This document shows positions 17,148-28,800 of a stretch of 64,000 nt of DNA, piece after piece. This stretch comes from Trichoplax sp. H2 (lineage: Eukaryota). Positions within the stretch are counted from its first letter, which is position 1; each line of letters starts with the position of its first letter. Made by a program: the position numbers and the translations under genes. The notes under the pieces are model-generated. The model was not told the origin of the DNA. It did no database searches and saw only the letters and a list, made by a program, of their open reading frames with translations. Location of the stretch: positions 1-64,000 of the forward strand of contig NOWV01000140.1 in NCBI GenBank assembly GCA_003344405.1. The letters are read 5' to 3'.

Positions 17148-20100
17148 TTATACACGAGTTTGATTGAATAGCTTTGAATGATTCGAACGAACAGAGCCAT
17201 CCATCTCCTGTTTTACAGCAGCAATCTTTTCCATAAGCTGGTTGTATTCACGTCCAATTGGAAATAATAACGGCAGATAGTTACAAATACAATACAAAAA
17301 TAATCATTACTATACGAAGGTATATAAAGCCATTCGATAAACTTAAGAATTGCATGATGTGTAAATACTTGCATATGATATAAACGTATACGAGTAGTTC
17401 TTTACCTTATTGCAAGCATGTTCTACAGATTTGTAATGATTATGCTCAGATTCCTAAACATAGACAATTAATATCAACAATCGAAGAATGGCTTCATCAT
17501 GATCAGATAGCATAATGCTACCGATCAAAAGCAACATTATACCTGTCGCCTTGTTCGCGGATTCCATCGTAGGTAATACGATGACCAAAGACTGATGTAA
17601 CGAAGGCTAGCATTTGGATATATTACCTATTAATACGTAAAGACAAAATTAGTTTGGAGTCGTTTTATCCACATACCTAAAACCTTCACATCATTCTAAT
17701 ATATGCCATAACTTACATGCTCATGTCTTGTATATTGAACATTTTTATAGTCTTCAACCTATAGGACGACAAAAAAATATAACTCATTTATTAATCAAAT
17801 AATATTACAAAAATTTAGTATCAAAATAGAATCTACGTACATTTAGATTAATATAATCCCATAGAGAAAATGTTTTAGTCTTCAAATTCTACAAAAGTAA
17901 ACCATTACGTTTGACTTCTTAGTAACAACATACTATCAAAGTTAGAATCCCTGGACAATTTTAGCTTACATGCTCTTCTCTAACTCTTTCACAATCGTAC
18001 AAGAAAGTGCCAAATAAGCAACTGCAAGTTATAATGAAAGTAGGATTAATAAGGATATTCAATATCGAATAATTAATTGCCTTATTAGTATTACAACCTA
18101 TATAAATGGTCCAAAATAGCTATAAGAAGACGTTCATTGAATTCAAATGCGCACGGAAACTAAAATGTAGCATAACAATAACAGTCGAGGGTGAAAAACT
18201 AACGCATATACCGTCATTAAAGCATAGCATAACTTAAAGTCAGACCAATTCATTGTAATGTCAATATCCTCAATTTCTAACCTGCTGTAACACCTGCCAA
18301 ACACAGTCCATAAATTGAAGAAAGACCGGTGAGCGTTCGCTATCGTTTGGCTTATTTTCACCATGACCAATACGCTATTATAAATTAAATCGTATTTAAG
18401 TACGCATTAACCTTGAAGCCATTACAGCATTAATGACGGTACCTGTGCAAATTTATGACCAAAACTTAGCCACTCTTTTTCAATTAGAACCTAGACATAA
18501 ATTATTCATAACAACCTGTGTGAGACAATTATACTTGTAATAATTATACTAACATCACTGCATCGTAGTAGCACATGTTATGGTCAATAAAGTGATGCAA
18601 TAGGCATTATTACTTTGAATCTATTACCTGAAAACCATTGATAGTTCTATATTCGGGGTCTAATAGTAACATGCTAAGACCGGTCAACTGAAAGAAAGCA
18701 TACGAAAGATTTTATTAGAAAAATTGACTGCAATTTTGATTAAAAAACTACTAGTAAGCATATTACTTATTTACCTGTGCCGTTCTATCCCAGCCATCAC
18801 TACAGTGTACGATTACAGAATGGTAACGTCTCTCGACCAAATCAACGATGAAAATAGCTCCAGCAAGAACCAACTAAAATGTTAACAGAGTGAATAATTA
18901 CATACACCACTGTTAATGTGAATGAACTTCAGTGCTAGAACATCCAAAACTATGTTGCAAATTATGCTGTATCTACCTTGATGTGTTCCAACCACTTTGT
19001 TGATTCTAAATTAGCATACCAATGCACATCGTCAATTGCGTAGCATACATCGCGTAATTTATTCATACTAAATGGAAAATGCAAAAGTAATAATTTATAA
19101 CTTTAGGTAAAACTCTCCGAGTCTCAGCCAGGCAGCATTTTAGACATTGAATAATAAATCGTTTTACCTATCTCTCATTACATGGATATTTTCTATATCT
19201 AAGAACTCCAATTCCATATTTTTATATTTTTCATTAGCTTCAAAACCTCCACCTTTAAGCTAAATATTAATATTACCATTATTATCTAACCTAGTATTTA
19301 ATAGCCCGTACTAATTTGATGATGTAATACGCACATCTAATTTTTTGCATACCTTATTTGCGACGGCATTCTTCTTTGGTCTTGCATCGACTACGTAAAT
19401 CTTTTGATCGCTATTAGCCTCCCAGATGAGCTGAAGAATAATACAAAAAAGGCAATTTTATGATACTGTTAATCCTGAACCATTTCATTGTACCCGCTAC
19501 GAACTTAAAAGAGGAAATTTCAATATATACCCTAAAATAATTCTTATCTTCCTCACTAGGCTTATCTATCAAACCACTTGTCGGTTGACTACATCTAAGA
19601 ATTACTGGCGGATGTTCAGGATGCACCCATGTTAACACCTATATAGCCAAATATAGCAAAGATTAGCTCAATAGTCAATTTAATACGAAGCAAATTCGAT
19701 AGAATAAGTATAGTTTACAGGCAATCGATTCCTAGTACGGTGCTCCGCCACACTTTTAAGATTTTCTTCATTTGCCGCATCAGGAACTACAAGCTAAGGA
19801 AGATGAAATAATTTATTGTCAAAACATCAAGTGGTTGCAAATTTGTTAGCCCTTTGTACATACTACAATATATTAGAACAAACTACAGTATACTACTTAG
19901 ACCATCTAGAGCGAACAAACCAGAGAGGGATATGAAGAGCAGAATTTATAATCATTATTGATATCAGTGGTTTTCCATAAGCCACGACGAGTCTGTTAAA
20001 AGATTCAGATATCATATTTATTCTATTTTAACATTTAAGGCTAAAGTATCACACTTGATTTAAACACGTACCATTCTTCCATATTCTACTTGTGGGTCGA

Positions 20101-22979
20101 ATATTTTCCATCCGGTACTTTCAAAATCGGGATAGTTTCCTTTAAATTTATAGGCAAAAAATTCCTAGGCGTGCCGTGTGATCATTATAGTTTATTTTAG
20201 TTCAGTGGATAGAAAGGGTAGTAGGTCAATTGGGTACTTACATCTTTACGAGTCACGGGAAATGCACTAATCTATAAAGACCGTTTGTTAAATAATACCA
20301 ATATGCCCTTAGTTTGAGTAAACGGAATGCGTAGTAAAAGCAAGCTGTCGTGGTCAACATGCGGACAGCTATATCGAGAAAGTACTTCAATATACTAAAA
20401 GTAGACCAATCTGTCGATGTCAATACTAACCATAAGTGCGCTGTAGACAAGTCGACGTGAAGTAGCTTCAGCCTTGTGGGAAAATCGCAACACTCGCAAA
20501 TCCTACAATTAATATTATCGTTATCAATTGATAATACGGTATGATTCTTTGGAGGTCGTTATTACATTTTCCTGCCAGAATAATTATGTATTATTTATAA
20601 TACATACCTTACATACGATATCTAAATTATAAGAATTTTCGCGATTCTTTGTATAACTAACTTTCTTTACTTCTGCTATACAGCCCAAAGGAACTAAAAA
20701 ATTGTGTTGAGCTAACGATGGTATAAATCTTGCCATCTATTATATATAGAATGAATAAGATGAAAAATTGGATGAATATTGGTGCCAATGATTCCGTAAC
20801 ATCATGCTTTATATTACACAAGTACAGTAAATTTATTAGAATTATCAATTACTACGTCTAAAATATGATTCTTTATAACAGAATGACTTGCATGGATGGC
20901 CATTTTTGCAAAATGATCCTTGATTGATTATATGTTACGAAGGAGTATCGATATCACTTGAAATATCGCAGAAAATGCAAACTAATACCCTGAGAACTAA
21001 GCGATATAGCCACCTGATGTAAGAAAAATTTTAATACTATGCAAATGGTTTGCACGATAATCAAGCAGACTACAGTTTACAAGAAAACTAAAGCATGTAC
21101 AGTAACTAATATTTATGAATAACAGTACTGCAAAATGACTAGAACTAATACTGTCCGTTATCTTGCCATGCGATCGTACTGTTAGATACAAATATTTAAG
21201 AATAACAGTATTGCAAAATGATTAGAACTAATACTGTCAGTTACCTTGCCATGCCCCAGCATACTGTTTGTTACAAATGTGGATAATTAACCCCGACGTC
21301 TAATTGCTTATAAAAGTAGCTAGAACGCTGTAATTACAATCGCACTGATGATATACAAGGGAAACGAGTTGAAGTTATTGTCAAATTAATTCATTTTCTC
21401 TTTCAATTTACTGACTACTTTTAATGATGATTTATGACGATAGAATGGGAATGACAGAATTTTAATAGGTACATCGACAGTAAAATTTGAAGCCCCTTTA
21501 TTATCATATAGGACATGCTGAAATCGATGATATGTTGGAGTGAAATATTGTAGAACTTACCCCTTCATCTGCGCTGGTACATTTAAAGAATAATTTGTAG
21601 TTAGTAACGATAACATCGCCTTTCAGCCGACCAGCATAAGGGCATAAATAAGTCACGTCGCTCACTATCGAAAAAGAAAGCATACCATGATTACAACTTG
21701 GATATCCATAAATCACGATAAATATAAGTTAATACCTATATCTGGATGATACATCGATAGTATAATCTACAGCTCCTCATATAACTCCTTTATAACGTTA
21801 TTACAAGGAGTTTTAGACTGTTATAGTACTAAGTAATGCTTAATTCTACCCTATTGCAACTCCAACTGCGTTCCTAGTACAGTATAGCTGTAGAGTCAAT
21901 TAACGATAGACTGTAGGTACATAAGCTTCGACTATGACTAAATCATGAAAACAGTATAATATGTAAAGCAGCGAATAGTATATTATCAAACCATGAGCTT
22001 TGACTTCTTCTCCTTTCAAAAGCCACATTGCATCCGTTTTATCGAGATCAATGTCCTTAAAATATTCCTACATTAGGAGTAAAAAAATTCAGTGACTGCA
22101 GTCGCGCACTAGTCAGCAAGATCATCATCATTGCAAATCATTTTATCATCATCTCTCTTTCTGGCTGTAATACGCCAATTTTAATATTTTAATATAGCTT
22201 CTTGAATCTCTATTATATGCATACTATTCACTAAGAAGTTTATGTCAAGGTACGACGAGTAAACTATTATCATTGCATGAAAACAACAAAATCAATCGTC
22301 CCACTACATGATTTATGATCGGCCTTGTCGTCTAAGATAGGCGAGACGTTACCATGGGCGTTTTTATTTCATATGGAATCCGTTATTACGTTAAGAAAGA
22401 AGGTTAATAACCCACATAGAATTGATTTTCAATCCATAATTAAAAACGGAATTAGACTGCAGGATAAGCGATCCCTACATTAACAAGCCTCGGATTAGAG
22501 AGCAGAGTGGACGATATTGTTTGATTGAAAATAGCTTGACTGCAGTAGTGCATGCCTCCATAACGTTGTCAAAACGTGCATGTCCAGAATAGTTCTATCT
22601 CAATATACGATTGATTTGATGCTGTAATCAACCTATCGATGCTATATCGTTATGGTTGAAGAGTAATTTTGATCGAGTCAATCTTTCTTCTCCTTTCCCT
22701 CCCTCTCCACTAAAACAGAAAAGAAATCATAGGAATATTTACCATCACTGGAAATTTGGATATTTTACCACTACTTTCTCCTTCTCGAGTAGGCGATGAT
22801 GTCATTTCCTTCTCATCACTTCTCTTACTAGAAGTACTATCACCATTGGTAGTAGTTTCCAAAGGTGCTGCAGAAGTTCCACTAGCACTAGCAGCCGCAG
22901 TAGCAACAGTAACCGCTTGAACACTTGCCGTCACTTGATTGGCGATAATTTCACCAGCACTTGATCTTCTCGACGCCAT
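17148..22979 (-). CDS. MTMR2: Active myotubularin-related phosphoinositide 3-phosphatase (MTM1/MTMR1/MTMR2 clade), multi-exon
   Basis: GRAM-like exons [26 protein letters not shown] and [11 protein letters not shown]...[29 protein letters not shown]. Catalytic [14 protein letters not shown] (~18775-18820). [37 protein letters not shown]-terminus ...NQTRV* is a PDZ-binding-type end, stop at 17148-17150. Confidence 0.93.
21121..21278. repeat. Two ~83-bp tandem copies in an MTMR intron
   Basis: AACAGTA.TGCAAAATGA.TAGAACTAATACTGTC.GTTA.CTTGCCATGC...TACTGTT...TACAAAT at 21121 and ~21204. Confidence 0.8.
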
Positions 22980-23414
22980 ATTTCTTTGTATCCGTTTTCG
23001 ATGCCTCTAACTTGGATTCAATTTCTACCCTATCTAGTTTGAATATTATCCAAGACAATAACTCATTACAATGACAACATCATTCAGCCATAATTTGATC
23101 GCTCATGGACTAGATTAACTTACCAATAAAAGGAAAGAAGCCAAAAATAGTGGAAGAGAAATGGCGAGAAAAGATGGAGGTCGGCGATTCGATTTGGCCT
23201 AGCAAATGTTTCGATTATGAAAATAAAGGGAATTGACCAGGAACTCCAGCAAGGACTAGTAGCTAGTGGTAGGTCTCGACGTCTTAGCCACAAGTTAATA
23301 AGATTACTATAGGCTACACTTGAGTGTCTGAGACACAATACTCTCGTATGTTGACGACAACAAGCTTTTGATACAGCACGTCATTGTGCAGCTGCGCAGT
23401 GGGTACAGGTCTGA

Positions 23415-23423
23415 ACCGGAAGT
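23415..23423. promoter_or_regulatory. ETS-family consensus site (ACCGGAAGT) upstream of MTMR2
   Basis: Perfect ACCGGAAGT about 440 bp upstream of the MTMR ATG, in a locally GC-richer patch with CTGCGCAG nearby. Confidence 0.4.
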
Positions 23424-23485
23424 TTTCTCTTATAGCTCGACAAGGAACTACAAATTAACCAAAAATGACGTGTACTCCTCTTGGC

Positions 23486-24860
23486 CATCCAATCAATACA
23501 GCACTATAGAAATCATGGCAAGTCACATCCACTCAAATACAGTACTATAGAAATCACGGGAAGAACATGCAAGTTACTACGGTAATTTGCGAAATTCATC
23601 AAATGCTGTCAAAATGCAATTATAAGTACAGTATGTATATTTATATATACATCTATATATATATACTGTATATTTGGTCATCCACTCAATACAGTACTAT
23701 AGACATCATGGGAAGAACATACAAGTCACATCCACTCAAATACAGTACTATAGAAATCACGGGAAGAACATGCAAGTTACTACGGTAATTTACGAAATTC
23801 ATCAAATACTGTCAAAATGCAATTATAAGTACAGTATGTATATTTATATACATGTATATATATATATTTGGTCATCCACTCAATACAGTACTATAGAAAT
23901 CATGGCAAGAACATGCAAGTTACTACGGTAATTTGCGAAATTCATCAAATACTGTCAAAATGCAATTATAAGTACAGTATGTATAATTATATATATATAT
24001 ATGTATATATTTGGTCATCCACTCAATACAGTACTATAGAAATCATGGCAAGAACATGCAAGTCACATCCACTCAAATACAGTACTATAGAAATCACGGG
24101 AAGAACATGCAGCTACTACGGTAATTCGCGAAGTTCATCAAATACTATCAAAATGCAATTATAAGTACAGTATGTATATTTATATACATATATATGTATA
24201 TATATATACTTTGTCATCCACTCAATACAGCACTATAGTAATCATGGGAAGAACAGGCAAGTTACATCCACTCAAATGTAGTACTATAGAAATCACAGGA
24301 AGGACATGCAAGTTACTACCGTAATTAGCGAAATTCATCGAATAGTGTCAAAATGTAATTATAAGTACTGTACAAGTGGACTGTACAGTATATATATTTA
24401 TACATATTATATATATATACTTGGTCATCCACTCTTTACAGTCCTATAGAAATCACGGGAAGAACATGTAAGTTACCTCGGTAATTTGCGAAATCCATCA
24501 ATTAGTATTAAAATGCAACCGTAAGTACAGTATATATGTTATATATACTTGGCCATCCACTCAAATACAGTGCTATAGAAATCACGGGAAGAACATGCAA
24601 GTTATTACGGTAATTTGCGAAATTCATCAAATACTGTCAAAATGCAATTATAAGTACAGTATGTGCATTTATATATATATATACTTGGCTATCCACTCAA
24701 ATACAGTACTATAGAAATCACGGGAAGAACATACAAGTTACCACGGCAATTTGTGAAATTCATCAAACAGCGTCAAAATGCAATCATAATACAGTACTAT
24801 AGAAATCATGGCCATCCACACAATACAGTACTATATAAATCACGTCAACAAGTTACATAG
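23486..24860. repeat. Minisatellite/satellite array, ~6-7 units of ~150-230 bp with nested ~40-45 bp subrepeats and a (TA)n spacer
   Basis: Recurrent CATCCACTCAA(A)TACAGTACTATAGAAATCA(C/T)GG(G/C)AAGAACATGCAAGTTACTACGGTAATTTGCGAAATTCATCAAATACTGTCAAAATGCAATTATAAGTACAGTA followed by a variable TA tract. Confidence 0.95.
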
Positions 24861-25121
24861 CGTATTTTGATATTTTAATTAATATAATATGAGATTAGTA
24901 AATAAGTGTTACGTAAATATCTGATATATAGTACATTACAAAATAAGTTAAAATGCAGATCATATTACACCTGATAGCCTTCGTATTATATTCGAAACAT
25001 TCTTTCAGGATATAGTAAGTACGCAACGGATTCAAATTGAACTCCGGTAATCGATTAAAAATTAATGACTATTTATTCATAAGCGACTGAAAGCACTGAT
25101 ATTATCTCTGCATTATTTTAC

Positions 25122-25630
25122 CTCTAAAATCTTTATTTTCGTTTTCACGTTCAACAACGACTTTTTCACGAAGCTCTGTTATATTAGTCAATTTAATACT
25201 TGCTAATATGAGTCATGACTAATCTAAACTATAAATTTAGATATTGACCTTGTAAATTGTTGCGATATAATTAAATAATACTGGATGTGACTAGTTTTTC
25301 ATTAACATGTTTTTTCTGCTATTTCGCCCTTTTACAGATCGTATGGTCTAGTCATAAATATTGATAGGTGACACCTGTGAAGGACTTCTCTCCTTCCAAT
25401 AATTTAGCATGCTGGCAGATATGGGTAAATAAATATTTGAATTTTCATATTGTTGTCTAAGATATTCAATATCGCTATCAGAAAGATCTAAATCCTTTAC
25501 TAATCGAATCCATCCATCTCCAATAGTCAATTATAACAACTAAGCATTTTTATAACCATATTTTTCGAATGCTCTTTAATTGAATTAAAATTTGAACAGA
25601 TATATCACTTGAGGTTGAATTTTTCCTCTA
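25122..25630 (-). pseudogene. Relic death-domain exon plus 54-nt acidic linker exon, paralogous to exons 3-4 of the adjacent Roco gene
   Basis: KCLVVIID[frameshift]IGDGWIRLVKDLDLSDSDIEYL...MLMKN*SHPVLFNYIATI aligns to exon-3 KCYSVIKNKIADGWFQLARYLGLS...MLLQNQSNSLLSNYVAEIL. It has in-frame stops. A downstream AG/GT-bounded exon 25122-25175 reads ELREKVVVERENENKDFR (phase 1-1). Confidence 0.7.
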
Positions 25631-25860
25631 CAGGACATTCTTTGCAAGATTATTTTATTACACTAATGGGTGCTAGAATCTTTGATAAGCTGAAACATCT
25701 ATGTAGCTTTTGGCAACTTAGTATGCTACTTGTTAATAACACCCTTTATCAAAATAACTATACAGCGTACGTATGTCATATATTATATATAGTCGGATGA
25801 TATAGTTATCATTTGGTTATAAGATTTCTAACTAAATAATTTTAGACAAAATTCATGTAA

Positions 25861-28800
25861 TTAACTATGCATGGCTACTTGAGATCCCTCACTTGCATTT
25901 GCATAATCTTTTATTTTTGCTTCGATTTGATCTGCCAAAGTATTGATATTCATCTCGCGTATTACCGAAACTACTTTAAAAATATCAGGTTTAGAACCAG
26001 CCTTTTCTTTCCACAACAATAGAGCTCGAATCGTCTTTTCGTAAGGAGTATGAAACTCAGGATTCAATCTAATTTCATCTATTTCTTGGATCGTTAAGCC
26101 CAATAACATTTCCAAATGGAATAATCTATCTTGTTTAAGTTTACCAGCTATGATATTGAAGCATAAGTCAAACATTCCTAAGTTAAAATAAAGTTGATAA
26201 CATTAAGAAATTTTGCTCTTCAACGATTCAAGTTTGTAATATGATCTAAAATAAATGAAACATTAGCCATAATGTTTCAACAATTTCATTTCATGATGAT
26301 TTTAACTTTAACTCACAAGGTAGACTGTAACGCAATGGTTATTTTTGTTGTAGCTAATACTGTCTATTAGTATACATAGTTTCATAATTTATTGCAATAA
26401 CTCGCTTTAAATATAGTTAATCAAATGACTAGAAACAGTGTCTTTTTAGCCATCCTTTTTGGCTGGAAAATTATGACATATTATTTTACATGTATATTGC
26501 AGTTACTATTAAAAGAAAAAGCAGTGTAATATATTCTCAGTTAATTTTTAAAAATACCAGTGAATATATTACCTTGTCTGCTAGATGTTAGTGTCGTTTG
26601 ATGCTCTTCTTGGGATTGTTGTGATTGATCTTGATTATGAAAAATATCATTAACTAAATGCTTTCAATATTCATGATAATAATTTTGAATAAATAGAAGC
26701 TACGCGATCAAAATTTGATCTGACGTTCGCCAATAACTTATCTTTGTACAGTGAATTGTTTCAGTTAATCAATAATAGAACTATCATCTGCCATTTTGGG
26801 GCTAATTAGTCTTGTTCTAGCTTCATATATACAATTATACATTATTTACTGTGGGATTTGCTTATTAAAACAACTAGAATTTAAGATATACGAGTATACT
26901 GTGAAATAAAGAATGGGTATACCATACACATTTAATGGCTATTTATGATCGGAAACCCAAAGATTTAATATAGATGCTATTTAACATAAGTTTACGTTGC
27001 TATGATTACATATTTTGTAAGTATGAAATCTTTTTAAAACCTAAAATTTAAATCTTCATAGACATTTTATGTAATTAAAGTAATTTTATGAAAGAAATTC
27101 TTCTATTTAGGCGCTATTATATTATAAACTCGTTTGCAGTATAAAGAATTTAAAAATTAAGATAAATAAAACGAATTAATTTTAACTCGAAACTTTATCC
27201 TACCTGCTAATTTCTCCTGCTCAAAAATCTGCCACTCACGTACTGATTTCGATTGAAAGTAGATACAACACGCTGAACACTTGATAGCATCCGTCTTGCC
27301 GATTAAATGAGTAATCACTTTTGTTAACTTTTTACAAGCAGAGCACTTTACGTAAAATCGATATTTAGAAGATTTCAACTTTGGCATTCTGTCACTGACC
27401 ACCTCTTTTAGCTTTTTCTTTATCATTATATGCGGTTTAATGTCGTAAATAAAACGTTTAACATTTTCCGCAACATCCTTGATTAAATCTTCCGCCGGGA
27501 TCTTATAGCAAAATTGCAGGCCAATATAACAATCTATTTTCTTGATAATAATCTCACATGGATAATCTACTAAGCGATATTTTGCACATCGATGATAAAT
27601 TTCTACTTGCGGATTGCTCCATATTTTTAAACATGCGGATAAATGGCAATGAAATATTCCCATCGGTATGTAAGACACTGAATCATATCCAATATATAAC
27701 CAATCTGATTGGTAATAATCTGCCAGCTCTAGCTCAGTCGATGAACGTAGTAAATACGGTACAAAGTATTGACGTTCAGCCGTATTTCTATCATCGCAAT
27801 TTTCACTCTCAATCTTACAGATGATGTGATAACTTTCCATTAATTGTAAAATAAACTCTTTCTCAGTTTTATTTAATTTAAATTCAGCTGTGGCGTAATT
27901 TAAACATAATTCTGGCATTTTACCAGTCTTATAAACCATTTCAAAGCAATCCTGTATTCCAGAATTCATAAATTTGCTTGTTTTATCACCAATTTTAATA
28001 ATTGATTGAAATATTCTGAGTAACCAGTCAAGATTGGTTACAATCATTCCATCTAATCCTTTCTTCTTACAAAATACGATTTCGCCTATATCACGTAAAT
28101 AGAGTAGCATACTACGTAATGTTGCATCGTCTTCATACAATCCGCAGTCTGTAGCTAGCTGTTTGATTTCATCAAAGGTCATAATGTTACGTATCCTACG
28201 TGCAATATCACCGAAAGGAGATTCCGATATAGCTGCACCAGCTTTCCTAGATTTAAAGTCGGTGGATGTATGTAATATTGATGCTAGAATATACCATCGA
28301 ATAGGAATCGATTGTCGCATAAATTTTCGATTGGTGGCAAATTGTTTGATTAGCTCATGGAGATCTCGATTAGTGTTTTGACGTCGCTCAATGGCTGTTT
28401 GGGTATTATCTTCGCAATTGCAGTGAAATATGATGCCAGAACTGCATATATTATATTTATAGTCTGGCATAGCTTCGGTTAATGATTTTGTAAATGTATG
28501 AAATTTTCGTTTGCGCTCCTCCTCATCTATTATCTGATCACCGTGTGATGCAATCAAAATCACAACTGGTAAATTATATTCTATTTCTATTCCGTTATGA
28601 GTTACGTTAACTTTATCTTGACCGTCATAACTGCCAATAATCGATGTAAGCCATTCTTGCATGGCCTGTCGATAAGTCATATTAATGGGTTTGTTATCTC
28701 GATCGATAATAGCATCATCAATATCGCGTAAGATATTAAATACTAAGATATAAAGACTATTTCCAGATAGAAATGGACGATGAGCCACATAGTAGATAGC

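Noticed and set aside
18045-18060. ATATCCTT on the minus strand as a possible U12 (AT-AC) donor in the myotubularin gene
   Set aside because: It lies inside an intron already explained by ordinary GT-AG sites that keep the frame (DHLY|SCLFG).
23486-24860. CRISPR-like appearance and ORFs (23567-24164, 24663-24860) in the repeat array
   Set aside because: The sequences between repeats are themselves repeated rather than unique spacers, there are no cas genes, and the context is eukaryotic. The ORFs are translations of the satellite.
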